Source: Felis catus (lineage: Eukaryota). From it: DNA of 64,000 nucleotides. Below, in pieces: positions 13,871-27,647 of the stretch. Both the position numbers and the translations under genes were made by a program. Within the stretch, counting starts at the first letter, position 1. The number at the start of each line of letters is the position of its first letter. The notes under the pieces were generated by a model. That model was not told the DNA's origin, made no database searches, and worked only from the letters and a program-made list of their open reading frames with translations. Location: positions 79,052,001 through 79,116,000 of the forward strand of contig NC_058368.1 in assembly GCF_018350175.1 (NCBI RefSeq), read 5' to 3'.

Positions 13871-16429
13871 AAAAATCTATTTTTATGAAATTTAGCTAGG
13901 AACCTCTGTAAATCTCCCAATGCATCCTCACTGTTCCTAGGAAAATGTCCAGTTTTCCCTGGAAGACTCTTCATGAGGTGGCCACTGTTTACAATGCATG
14001 GCCTCTTCCCTTATCACCATAAATGCAGCTGTACCCCAAGATAGTTTTCTGACCCTTGCTGTTCACAGGAAAGGAACAGCTGGTTTTTCTGTCCCACATT
14101 CATCTTCTCCCACTATCCCTAGACACCCTGGAGAGTACCTGCCCATCCTTCAGGACTACATGGCTTAGATAACTTGGTTCTCATTGAATCCCACCTAATG
14201 CCATCTTGATCACTTCTTCCTCTTTGGTGTCCTTGGGACACAACTCTGTCATTTTTTCTTACTTCTGATCTTCCCCAAAAGCTTCGCTGTGAGCCTCTTG
14301 AGGAGACCATCCTCCTTTGCCCCCCCCCCTCCAATCTAGCAGAAATCTTAAACCTCCTTTGGTGTTTTGAATGGCTGTTAGAAATGTCACTATAAGAGAT
14401 CTTTGTCATCCCACCCAACTCCCTTCCTGTCCAGCCAGGGTCTCCTTTTAGTTAAGAGAGTGGAATCCAGTTCTCTTAATTCCATTCCGTAGGTCTTTTG
14501 CCCATGTTGAACCCCCCCCACCATAAATTAGTTCCCCCAGTGATCATTACTGACTCCCCCCCCGCCATTGCGTAGTATTGCAGGCTATCAGTCTTTTGGA
14601 GTTTCATTCGGGGACCCAGGTTTGCATGAATTTTGCCTTTGGGATGAAGTTTCCCACAATGAGTTGCATACCGCAGTCAGCGCTGAGCGGAAAGCTGCCA
14701 TACTCCCTCCTTCCCAGTGCCTGTCTCACAGATTTGTTCCGCAGTGCCCACAGACAGTACCAACTGCTTTTCCTCTTGACTGCCAAAATAAGTCAGCAGT
14801 TGGGAAGGGGGAAAAAAAAAGATGATGAATTATGGAAAATAACTAGGGAGAGAGAATGGCAATACAATGGGGGGGGGGGTAGGGGGGGAAGTAACAACTC
14901 TCTGTAGCTCCCCACCCAGGTGACTGTCTCAGATTTCAACCAACTAAAAGAAAACTAAACAAAGAATAGCACCCAGTCAACCAGAAGCCTCTGAAACCAG
15001 ACAGTAGTTGAGAACTTTCCCCATTGATCTGATAACCCCCCTGACCGCCACAATGCAAGATTCAGGCCCCAATCTCTTGCACAACTGCGTGTTTCATTAA
15101 GACAACAGATCATGGCGAAGAGGACAGCTAGATGGAAGGATGGGGGGGGGGGGGGCGGGTGACAACATCTGTTTGGAATAACTCCGTTTCCATATGAAAA
15201 GCTTCGCAAACCACCTCTGGCCAAGCGTTCTGGAGACAAGTCTGACCTATAAACCCTTCCAGTACCTAATGGTGTGTGCATACGTGCAAGCCTCGGGTGT
15301 CATTGTGATGTATGCTGGGGCTGGAGGGTGTTAGCATTTTAATGTCCCCAGCTCATGCTTGGGAGCACCGTGTTAGTCTTCTCATCGCGCCGGTATTTGT
15401 CTCCAGTGCTGAGAATGTGATTATGAACATATCACAAGGTTTGCCTAAGCGGTGTTTTTGTCTTAATCTAGCAGAAGATCCCCTCCAAGCTTCTGCGGCG
15501 TTTCATGTTAGCCCTTACTGGGCTCTTCCGCAGTTATTCACGCCTGCTTCCCCTAAGAGGCTGTGGGAATTTACGTCGTGAAGGGATTCCTCACACCTAC
15601 CGCAATTCTGCGAATTTGTAGAAAACACGCACAACACACAAGAAGATGTCTTTAAAAATGGATGGATGTGGTTGATTGTTCTGTGGTTTTAAAGACTTTT
15701 CTCTGACAGCTGCCTTCCTCCATCGCAGCGCATCCAGACCAGCTTGCAGACCGCTAAGGCTTTTGTAGAAGCCGATTTGGCGACACGCTTTTTCAAAGCT
15801 CTGGCGAGAAGTGTTCGTTGTGTTACTGTTCACACGATCACCTAGAAGATCCTTGCCAGTCGATGGCTTTGTGGAGACTTTTGCCTCTGTGCTGCATCTC
15901 TACAACCGTGGTCATGTACACATCCACTTTAGAATCACATAGGGGGTGGTGGAAACAAAGAGTGGCAACCATTCTGTATGTCAGTGTTACGGGGTTTGGG
16001 GTTTTTTTGTTGGTTTTTTGGGTTTGTTTTGTTTTGTTTTGGTCTTTTTGTTTCATTGTTTCCCTTTTTCCCGGACTCAACCTGCTTTGAGTTGAAAAAG
16101 GAAAATCATCGTAAAGGGAGGACAAGGCTCCGACTCTGTGATCTGAGCGTTCATCGACCGTTGACAGGAACGGTCTTCTCTACTGCTGGAACCGAGGCCA
16201 GTGTTTCTCACAGGCACCGCGTGGGGCAGCCGTCCCAACTCCAGTGTGCGGCCATTGGGAAACATTAGCGACCCTGTGTGCACACAGCAAACACGCTTAT
16301 TAGAATAAAACCTTTGGGATTGCGAGTGAATGCAATCGCATTAAAAACAAAAATTAAGGAAGATGTACTGGCATTAATTTTGTTAGCTTTGTTCCTTCTA
16401 ATCCTCTCCTGGAAAAATCTCTTGCCTGA

Positions 16430-16633
<204 letters not shown>

Positions 16634-17238
16634 TGAGATACAAAATCACTTAGTGCGCCTCGAGTTAAACGTCGGTGGGATCCACACGGTAGCGGGCCCC
16701 TTCCGTGACACTGTGCGTGGGCAGTTTTGAGGAGCCGGGCAAACAGTCAGGCTCAGGCAGCTCTCTACCAGCACTTGTATGCACTGCACATACTTTATGT
16801 GGTGGTCATTTCATCTGAAATCTTAGAGCAAATTTTCACCTCGATCGGAATTTGGAAGAGAGAGTGTTCATTTCTTGCAATTTACATGTCCGCCCCCTGG
16901 CAAATATTCATGCTTGTTGATCTGTTCAAAAAGCACACGACAGGAAGATGTACCTCTGAATCCACACTGGGATCCCCCGTGTGGCACTTAGGCGCAGATA
17001 TGAGGCAGAGTCCTAGCTCATTTCCGTCAGCACCACTGGTATATGCTGCTGGCTTTTGGAGGACCAGAACAGACAAATTCACCAAACCACATTTTACATA
17101 ATTCTACATATGCCTTGGTGAAATCCCTGACACTTAGCTTCCTTTAGGAAGTGACAAGGATATTGGAGTGTTACCTTTGATGGCAGACAGCATCGTTTTA
17201 GCTTTAGGGGAGATTCCGTGTAGAATTTTGTACCTATA

Positions 17239-17448
17239 GGGGCGCTTGGGTGGCCTACTGGGTTGAGCGTCCAACTTTTGATCTCGGCCCAGGTCATGAC
17301 CTCATGAGTTCGTGAGTTCAAGCTCTGCACTGACGGTTCAGAGTCTGCTTGGAATTCTGTCTCTCCTGCTCTCTGCCCCCCTCTTGTGCTCGCTCTCTCT
17401 CCCTCTCCCTCAAAACAAATAAATAAATTTAATTTTAAAAACTTAAAA
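17239..17448 (+). mobile_element. Can-SINE, diverged, with internal deletion
   Basis: ggggcgcttgggtggc head, caggtcatgacc, CT-rich region, aaataaataaa tail. Confidence 0.88.
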
Positions 17449-18639
17449 GATTTTTTTTTCCTATAAAAACCCAAGTGACCATTGAAAATGGGTACATTGG
17501 AAAAATCTTCACTATGCTTCCCATAAAACATATGTACTTACTAGATACTAGTTTTTAATTTGCTTAATGATTATATTATACTATATATCGTGAATAAATA
17601 TTTAAAGAAAGGCCGAAGAAGGAGAAATGACATGCTAGCTTTTGGTGGACCTGCTGACATGAGCTTGGCTGTCTGCTATCTTTGGAAATGTCCAGCACAA
17701 GCATAACTCAGTCCGAAACTGGTTTTATTCTGTCCGAGCCTCTGTCCATGGAGCCCCTGCTTGAAATCTCCAAGGGGTCCCATCATTTTCTGATGAGAAA
17801 AAGCCCTGCCACACGCTGGTGCCCTGAACTGTCAGAGTTTGGCAGGTCGAGCCCAAGTAACGTTCGAAGCTCAGAATTCCCTTCCAGGTGAAACCATCCC
17901 TCTTGGCCAGCTCAGGCCCCACAGGTGGGGTGTGGGCGTGGCTCTCATCCTGTCCGGGCAGGTGTGTGTGGACCCTTGGGGCTGGCGACAGAGAGGGAAG
18001 AGTGAGGGGACGGGGCTGCTCTTCTGTTCGAGCGGCACCTGTGCGGTCCGGCACAGGGTCTCTCTGGAAGGGCTGCAGGCGTTGAAAGGCTGTTGGAGCC
18101 CAGGGGAGCACCTCAGCACTCCTGTGCACTGCCTCCCTGAGAAGTGACATGAGCTCCCCTCGGGACAGTCACTTGTAATTCTCCCTCAACCCCAGTCACC
18201 ACAGACAGTGCTTTAAAACAAGCCTCTCTAGACGACTCCAAGCAGGCATCTCTTTCTTGACAAGCAGGCTGGTGCTTGAGAAACACAGGCTGGGACCCCA
18301 ACAGGTACGTCCCCTCCCAGCAGAGTCATTAGGCAGTCAGTGCCTGCCAGCACCCACCTCAGGCCCACGGCCCCCGTGTCCTCCAAACTGCAGGGTCGAG
18401 TGGCTGGTTCTCTGCATGGTCTCCCGAAGCCAGTTTCACCAGCCTGGAGGTCAGCCGGGCGGCGTGGGGAGCCCCAGGTGACGGAGGCAGTCCCTCCCCC
18501 CAGCTCTGGGCAAGTCTGGCTCCTCTCTGGGTTATGACAGTCTGGTCATCCTTCATCCAGGTAGGGAAAGGCCGGGGCCCCAGGCCAGTGCGCCCCACAA
18601 TTGTATTTGTGAGGTCAGCCTGGCCACCTGCTGTGCGAT

Positions 18640-18735
18640 CTGAGCCCCTGTCGAGTCAGCATCACCTGCAAGCCGGTTAGAAATGCAGAGGCTCGGGACC
18701 CCACCACCTCGAGAATCGGAATCTGCATTTGCAGC
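18640..18735 (+). mobile_element. MER5-like (hAT-Charlie) fragment
   Basis: tcagcatcacctgcaagccggttagaaatgcaga ... gaatcggaatctgcattt. Confidence 0.6.
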
Positions 18736-20018
18736 CTCAGCTAGAACTGGGCTGGGAGGCCCCATGGACCAGACCAGTGCCCTAATACCTGAGCTGTGGA
18801 GTCATTGGAGGTCCCTATGCTGGCATGGTATTCGTCCATAGAACAGGGTCTCAGAGTCTCCTGGAAAGTTTCCTACATCACAATTAGAAGAACACGCATC
18901 TTCCTCCATCAGGGATGCTCACTAGAAAGGTCTCCTGTATTTAACGGCAAAGATTAAGCTGACCCCCCTGACCCAAAACTGAAGAAACAAGCAGAAATCT
19001 AGACACTCCTTCACCTTGAAGGATCAAAATTGAGACAGGTCTTTAAAAAAAATGGCACCAAGATAAAAACTGTAATTCCAGATTACATAAATGAAATAAT
19101 GGATATAAAAGCAGCTTTAAAATTACAGGCTCTTAAATGCAAAGCATTAATTATTGATTTTTACTTTTACATCTCTTGGAACAGCCCCTTCCATACTTTT
19201 TGCTAGTGTGAAATTTACTCGAAATGTATGTAATTTAGAGTTATTTCCAGTTTTTCAAGCGTTCTCATTTTTCTTTTGTAAATGTTGCGGGGGGGGGCGT
19301 TGGGGAGAAAGCTGTAACGTTAATCATTTTAATATTAAATTATTCCTCATGGAAGCTTCTTTTGGACCCTCTGTGTTCCTTCTGTCCTAGAGGAAAGCTG
19401 TCTGTGAAGATCTCCATGCTGTTAAGTGTATAAAAGCAGTCTTTTAAATTGTCAGCAAGAGGGCCAATATTGATTTGTGGCAAATTCATTTTTCCTAGTT
19501 GCCTCTTATTAAAGACACCAATTTTGAGCAACTGTTATATCATGTTTAAAGGGTTTTTAAAGGCCGCCAGTATGAAGTGTGAGAACATGGTGTCCCCCGG
19601 AGGCAGAGTGATAGACCCCCGGTGAATGTGCGTGCAGAGAATAGCGCTGCTGTTCCCTGGGGCAGAAGTCTAGCCGAGCCACATTAATTCTTCCCTTTAT
19701 TCCACAAGATTAAACATCTGGAATATACCCTCACCTTCACCCTTCCAAAGTCAATGTCTCAAATTGTTTTAATGGAACAGGAATGAGCAAGCAAACTGAC
19801 CAGTTTGAATTCTTGTCCTTCTCTCTCTCAACGTGCCCATCGCGTGGTTAACACTTGTGCATTTTATAATCCTGAAAGTCTGATAGTACCTTTTATAGCT
19901 TAATATTTTTCCCCTTTAGATTAGTTCAGCAGGACTGTTTTGCACTTAATACAACTGCATTCCAGAGTAGGTAAACATTTAGTATTGCCATTTGGGGGAG
20001 AAAAAAAAGCCTTAAGCA

Positions 20019-20233
20019 TTTTACTTTTCTTTAATGTTTATTTATTTTTGAGAGAAAGAGACAGAGTGCAAGCAGGGGAGAAGCAGAGAGAGTGGGAGAC
20101 ACGGAATCAGAAGCAGGCTCCAGGCTCTGAGCTGTCGGCACAGAGCCCCATGCAGGGCTCAAACTCACAGACTGTGAGATCATGACCTGAGCTGAAGTCA
20201 GACGCTTAACCGACTGAGCCACCCAGGAGCCCT
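20019..20233 (-). mobile_element. Can-SINE (SINEC_Fc type)
   Basis: Full-length reverse copy; TSD ccttaagca on both sides. Confidence 0.95.
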
Positions 20234-20468
20234 ACCTTAAGCACTTTGGATGTCTGCTCATTATTTGCCTCTGCAGCTATAATTGTGGAAAGTCGTGTCC
20301 AGCTTTCCTTCCACCTTCTAATCAAGTAAAGGCATCAAAATGAGTATCATAAAAAACCCACACATTTATTCTTCTATGGCCAGGGAATACTTTAAAACAC
20401 TTCATGTTTCACGGCCTTCCCCACTCCCGACATGCACTATAAAGAAAAATAAAGCATCTTTGTTACAT

Positions 20469-20656
20469 ACATTGGTTTTCCCTTGAAATTATAGATCTTA
20501 GAATTCAAGCAGCTCCTTCTAACCGTAGAAACTTAGAATTGGAAGGGACAGCGTCCTATGGTCACAGGGCCCACACGGGAATCCCTGCACCTGTCCACAG
20601 CATCCAGGGGAAGGGGTCATCTAAATCCTCCCAAGCACACGGGCTCCCTCTCTCAC
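20469..20656 (+). repeat. Left arm of a 188-bp inverted repeat
   Basis: Reverse complement of 21193-21380 with 3 mismatches and no gaps, by manual alignment. Confidence 0.97.
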
Positions 20657-21192
20657 GAGACGCCCTTCTCCATTTACACCCTGTGCCCATTGCTAGAACG
20701 CACCTTCTCACATGAATCACAAACATGCTTCGCTATGACTCCTCCGTTGGGGCTCTGCTCTCTGGAGAGCTAAGGCAGCGTCTGTATGGTCAAAGGGAGA
20801 GGAGTGAGTTTGGCATGTAAGCACGGAGAGCTGAACCCTGGCTCTCCCGTTCATTGGTTGTGTTTACCCAGAGAAGTTTTCTTGACTTCACTAAGCTCTT
20901 TCTTTGGGTGCAAAATGGACCTAATGGCGTATTAATTATCACCGGGGTTTGGCATTTGACGATGGAAGGTCTAACACATGAAAGTACCTTTAAAATGGTG
21001 GGCATGACTACCTTTATTTGCAAGTCTTACCATTAGTTAGTGACAGGCTGACGATTTCAAAGTATGTTCACCCACTTATTCCTCCCGGTTCTCACACATT
21101 TTTCTAGCTCCATATCCCCGGAAAGCAGAAAGGACATCCTAAATTTCTACACAATCTCTTTCCAGAGTCTTAAATGCAGACTCTGCATTTAA

Positions 21193-21380
21193 GTGAGAGA
21201 GGCAGCCCGTGTGCTTGGGAGGATTTAGATGACCCCTTCCCCTGGATGCTGTGGACAGGTGCAGGGATTCCCGTGTAGGCCCTGTGACCTTAGGACGCTG
21301 TCCCTTCCAATTCTAAGTTTCTACGGTTAGAAGGAGCTGCTTGAATTCTAAGATCTATAATTTCAAGGGAAAACCAATGT
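21193..21380 (-). repeat. Right arm of the 188-bp inverted repeat (probable derived copy)
   Basis: Reverse complement of 20469-20656. Bracketed by direct repeat gtcttaaatgcag (21167-21179 and 21379-21391). Confidence 0.97.
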
Positions 21381-21819
21381 CTTAAATGCAGTGTTAGCTT
21401 TTCTAGAAGTTTAATCACTGTCTTGTTAACACATCACGTGATATGTCAGAAGACTACTTCCATAAGCCTCAGACGTTTCTGATATAATGGTCCTAAAATG
21501 GTCCAGTTGGAGCCCCACTGCAGAATTCTCTGGGGTTTGAACCTACTTCCTGCCCTCTGACTTTAGTCCAGTCCATCACGTCCAGCCTGTGTTAGGGAAA
21601 GAAGTGTGGACGTGTCAGGACTCGAATTAAGGAATTTGCGTCTAGTGTTATCATTGCTGGGTTTCGATATCTTTTCAAATACAGAGATTAGAATGTTTTG
21701 TGAACTCTTATTCTGAGTCAAACGGGTCTTATTTTATAGCTGCTCAAACATAAATGTGTTGTGACTTTTGTTTGTTGCACGTCTGGGGTTTCACTTCTGC
21801 TCCTCTGGCTGACCCCTGA

Positions 21820-22086
<267 letters not shown>

Positions 22087-22441
22087 TAAAGGCAGATAGA
22101 ATGAAACTTTAATTACCTTTGTAATTGATCCATGGAGCCAAGAAAATTCCGATAGCCCTTAATGCAAAGTTCAGTCAAACATGACAGCGGTTACGGGAAG
22201 AAGAGAGGATACATGCACAGTTTGCTATCTGAAACCTCCTCGCGATCTAAAAGGGTCCCCTCTTGTGGTTTCTTTTCTTGCAATAGGTGCTATATGTGTT
22301 AGTTTTGCCAGAGGAAATAATCACCGCTTCCCCTATGATGCTTGTATCACTTACCATCTCAAGGCCAAAGTTTTAAGGCAGCTAACGTTTCTGTCTTAGC
22401 AAAAATATATAACTTGGTGCTTGACATCTTTATATAAGTCC

Positions 22442-22674
22442 ATTTTTTTTAATTTCTTTTTAACATTTACTCATTTTTGAGAGGCAGAGAGAAACACAGC
22501 GTGAGTGGGGGAGGGGCAGAGAGAGACGGAGACACAGAATCCGAAGCAGGTTCCAGGTCCTGAGCTGTCAGCACAGAGCCTGATGCAGGGCTTGAACTCA
22601 TGGACTTCGAGACTGTGAGATCATGACCTGAGCTCAAGTCGGACGCTTAACCGACTGAGCCACCCAGGTGCCCC
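22442..22674 (-). mobile_element. Can-SINE (SINEC_Fc type)
   Basis: Full-length reverse copy; TSD-like tatataagtc / tatacaagtc. Confidence 0.95.
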
Positions 22675-24249
22675 TATACAAGTCTTATGTATATAAGGGT
22701 GACTCGTAGAAACTTCTGGAAATCTGACCCCCCAAATGGGCATAATGGTATATTCTGTTTTCTGAAAGCAGAAAAGTAGTGAAATCAATGGTTGTATGTA
22801 TTATATTGCCCTTAGTAATCTGTCACATTTTCTTCGCCAATACGGAAGGTTTGGGGGAAAGCTTTTGATTTTAAAGTTCACTTCGGATGCTGAGCTCGAA
22901 ATAGAAATGTGGAGACAACCTGGTCCTCCTCCAGTTTGTCACTCTTGCCTGTCTGTGAATGACGAGGACACCCGTGGCCCTCAGTCGCCCTCCCTGGGAG
23001 GGCAGGGACCTGGGTCCTAACTCGCCGTCGGGCAGATGTTTGTTTTTCCGCAGGAACTTGGCGCTATCTGGTTGTTTCCCGTCGAAAACGACTCCCCTTC
23101 GTCTTCAATGCCTATGTCAAATGATTTTTTATTAAAGATGAAATGGTGATGTGTCTCTCGCTAATTAGCTTCAAATATCTCAGTGATTAAATACTGAAAA
23201 AAATTCCCTTTGTACGGAAAACTGTAATTAAACATTACAGGGAAAACAAATTATTCACTGAGTGCCACTGAGTGCTAGCTTTCATCTTCAGCTAGTTCAT
23301 TTTCTACATGGGTGTCTGGCTCTGCCTTGTGGTAGATCCCAGCCCGGCTGGTGCTCTGCCACACAAAGATATAATTACAAGAACAAATGCTCGGAGACTC
23401 CTTGTAAAATGAATGCATTGACATCTCACTAGTACATGATTACATTGACATGTGAAGCCAGAAGGAATTTTTTTTTTTTTAGACCAGATAACTATTCATT
23501 TCATCTGACTCCCAGAATAATATTTATTATTTTCACGGCAGGCACTAAACCGCCACCCCAATTTCCCAATTTGATTACGTGTTCATTCGCCTGATGTAAA
23601 ATTAAGGGAGGAAGGAATTTTTTTTCTCTTGAGTTACTGGATCCCGGCGGCGGTTCGCTTGGCATTGGACAACCAGATGAAGTAACAGAACAAAAATAAT
23701 AATTCTGCACATAATGAAATGATTTGTTCACGGAGTTTACATGAGGGGAGAAGAAGGAAGGGGAGAGAGGGCACGCGAGAGGAATGTAAACTTTTGACAG
23801 TTTTAAGTCAAGTATCTGCTCTTTGCCAACGGGCGATGATGAACTCCTTGCATTTGATGCATCAGTAACTCTCTATTAAGATGGATATTATCATCCCCGA
23901 AATTATCATTCAGATTGAAATTCTGGTTTTCTGACTTGCTTAATAATCAGAGTGTGAAAAATTCATTCAGGGAGTGCCTGATAGAAAACGGGGCGCTCCT
24001 TCAGAAGGGTTGCGTTTGTGTGAGATTTTGAAAAAGTCACCGTGATGCATCTCCCCCCTGCTCATTCATCATAGAGCTGGGGCCGGAAGGCTGGGCCGCC
24101 CTCTCTGGATGCCGGGTTAACCAGAGTGCTACCCATGAATCCTCCGGCCACGGTGTGATTGTGTCTGCTTGAGCGGGTTCATTGTTACCATCTGAATAAT
24201 GCATCTGGGCCCCTCTGGTGGGGTGCTGTTTGTGTGTTGTTCCCCCAAG

Positions 24250-24521
24250 AGCCGAAGACAAGGGTGGACCCAGGCATTTCCAGTACACCTCCATCCCGGT
24301 ACCCATGGCGGTGGATGGCCTGATCCAGTCTCTGGCCGGCCCGTCCACCCGGTCTCCTTCCCTGCACTCGGTGTCCAGCCTGGATGACAGCAGTGGCCTC
24401 CCGTCGCCGCGGAAACAGCCTCCACCCAAGCCAAAGAGGGACCCCACCACGCGGCTGAGCGCCTCCTACGAGGCCGTGAGCGCCTGCCTATGGGCAGCAG
24501 CAAGGGAGTCAGCCAGTGAAG
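24250..24521 (+). CDS. MYO16: MYO16 coding exon (272 nt): start of tail, ...[39 protein letters not shown]
   Basis: Inside ORF 24218..24700. Acceptor tcccccaag|A (AG+A=Arg), donor GAAG|gtcagt. Phase 2 in, phase 1 out. Confidence 0.95.
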
Positions 24522-25144
24522 GTCAGTGGAGAAGAGGAGGGGAGTGCCTGTTTGGGGCCCCGATGTTCTGCCTTCCGGTGTCTGAGTGCCCACAGCAGTA
24601 TCATTGCCCTAATATATTTTTAATAGAAATCCGTCCAGCTGTTGGCTTGCCAGCAGCTTCTTCATCATTAAATATAAATAATATGTATTCAGTTCTCTAA
24701 GCGTCTTAGGGAAAAGCCACTTAGATATCATTTCCTTACTTCCCGGCCCCACGTCAGCATCCTCGACATCGGGGCTCTGACCGGAGTGTCTGTCCTAGTC
24801 TGCATAGATGTTCACTGACCACAATCCTCAAAAAATTCATCAGGCTTCCCTATGACCACAATCTAATCAAAAATTAAGTCTGTTTTATCATGTGGAGAGT
24901 GAAACATTCAGGCAGAGGAGAATCCCACCACGGCAGAATTCAGTAGGCAGAACTTGGGGGGTCTAGCTGAGGGAAGTTTCTACATTGGTGGCCTAGAAAT
25001 ATTTATGCAAAGAAAGGAGGAAGCCACGGTCTTTTCTCAGTGCAATCTCTCGTCGACTAGTTCATGGGCCTAGTGTTGCCTGATGATTAATTTTTACAAT
25101 AGTGAAGCATAGAGGCAGCACCCCTTGACAGAACAGGTACTAAT

Positions 25145-25432
25145 TCCACAGAGTTTATGTATCACCTACCGAAAGTTAGGCCCGTCGTCGGCCCATGGGG
25201 ATACGTAATAAAGGAAACAGACAATTATCTTTCCTCGTGGGGTTTACGTTCTAGCATGGGAAGACACATGCTCAGCGCAATAAACAAGTAAATAGATAAA
25301 GTCTGTTAGCAGATCACCGCTGCAGAGAAAAATAAACAGGGTAAAAGGTGATAGTGCCAGGGTGGGGTGGGGTGTGAGATTCTGCATGAAATAGCGAGTT
25401 AGATTTCACTAAGAAGTATCACCTGAACACAG
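25145..25432 (-). mobile_element. L2 3'-end fragment
   Basis: cacctac ... ggggatac ... ctcgtggggtttacgttctag ... aataaacaagtaaat resembles a reversed L2a 3' end. Confidence 0.6.
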
Positions 25433-27647
25433 GATGGATCACAATTCCTTCTGTTAACAAATGAGCCCAGGATTCAAAAGCACAGCAAAACCACACGCTC
25501 ATGTGTGGGAGCAGGTGGGTGACGCCATGGTGGGAAGACCGTGGGTCGGCGGCCACGAGCAATGAGAAGGCCCCAGTTATCTTCCCAGATGCCTTTTTTT
25601 TTTTTTGGTCGCTTTAAGAAAGAATAGATCTTTAAGAGAATTTTTATTAAAGCCTAATCCCATTACTATTGTACTGTATGAGTCATGCCATGATCCTATG
25701 TAGGCGTCAGCGATGTGGGAGAAATTCCTAAGTCTGGGGAGAGGAGTGCAGGTGTGTTTCTCACGTCCGTGTGGCAAGAACAGCCACAGAAGGTGAAAAT
25801 AGCGCTCCAGAGGGCCTCGGGAGGTCAGGCTTCGGTGGATGCAGATGTGAGCGCAGACACGGTGTTAGAACAGGAGGTGAAGGGCCACTGGCCTCTGATG
25901 TAGCCCACGGGCTGGAAGTGGCCGTAGACTGAGCACATCGTGAACGCATTCCCTGGAAAAGGGGAACACATCCCGTTTCCGTCCTTACTTGGGGACCTCT
26001 GCGCAGGATTTACAGGGTGGAGCTGAAACAGGTGTGCTGAGATGAGAAGAAGGATCCCTTTGGCTTTATTGGAAGAGGAAGATTAGCGCCCAACAAGCTA
26101 ACACTAACGAGACAAGGAGAAAGGGAAATAGACTAGGATAGCATCAGAAGTTCGAAGCAACATGAAACGAGGTTGAACGCTGCCGTGTATGTGAGACGGC
26201 TCCCTGCCCAGATTCCAACACCGCACACAGGTTCTGTGACTGAGTAAGTCAGCTGCAGAGTAGTCTGTAACCTCTAGAAAGTTCTGTGCGTGCACATTAC
26301 AAACCACTGCTCTGCGCTTCAGGGTCTGGAGTCGTCAGGTGCCCACCAGGCACATCGCCATGAAGGGTAAGAAAATGTTGGGGATGGATTAAAAAAATGT
26401 CTATTAAAAAATGGTTACTCAAGAACCATAGGAGAGAAAAATATATAAAAAAGAAGGTGACAGAATAAAAGATTAATGAAGAGGAAAGAGAAAGGCCACA
26501 CGGTCAGCCTCTGAAATTCCTACTCCTGTGGGAGTCACCAGGCTCTTCAGTCTCACTTAAGAGATTGCAGGATTTTTATGTAAAACGTTAAGTCCTTGGA
26601 TCCCAATTCCAGCGGGCATGAGACTGAGGCACTTGTCGGGGTCTCCCCCGCTGATCACATCCCCATGAACTGGCATTTTGGAGGCCACCCCCTAAGGCAG
26701 TGTTTTGATGGCTGTCACATTATTTGTCCCCTCTTACAAGATTCTTAATGTGGACTTTATGACCGCCGCTCATCTCCTGTGGTTGAAGATGAACTCCTTT
26801 CATCGAACCTGCTGATGGGATTGGCCAGGTGTGCCGGCTGGTTTTTGTAGGATCAGGAGTCAGGGGGGCCAGTGCGGGGCCCAGGCACCTGGGTCTCCAG
26901 TCCGTAACTGTAATGGTGGCCACACCCTCCAGAGATAAACCTGCCGCGCACAGGGGTTCTGGCCCCGTTTATGCATTTGTGACAGGAGCTGGAGGTGGCC
27001 AGTCCAGACGCCCCTAGCTCTTTGTGGCTCTTTCCATTTAAATTCGGTGAAATTTCAAACTCAGTTCTTCAGTCATGAGTCACACTGCACGGGTGTGGAT
27101 TCTCCCATCATCATAGAAACTTCTGTCAGACAGCATTGATTCCACGCGCCTCGTGTGTGTACCATGAGGACAACGCTGGGTTCTTTTGCACCTAGTAATA
27201 TGTCACAAAATCATCTTTCTGCAGAAGACAGGAAGGAACCCGGATTGCTATATAAAACGCTCTGTGAACCTTGGTTTCACAAGAAAAGGACCACAACTAG
27301 TCACGTTCTTACCCGAGTCATTCCTTTTGGCCTACCAAAAACTCGACGAGTCAGCTCAGAGGGTCCTTTGGCAAAGGGGAACTGCTGGAAAAAGAGAGCC
27401 AAGCATCTTAGAGAAACCAATGATCAGGTGACATTCAAGCCTGTGCCCAGGCCCGTTCTTATTAACACATGCCTCTCCTGTAGGTTTGCCCCCGGTCACC
27501 ACAGCCAGTATGCAGGGAGGCACTGGGGAGGGCTCACTTTTTTCACCACCTTTGTGCCTGGAAAGCATGAAGCAGTTTGATAAGCCCAGCAAATGTTGAC
27601 ACCTGTGCACAAGCTATTAGCAAGCTCGAGCCAACTATTTGCAAGTC

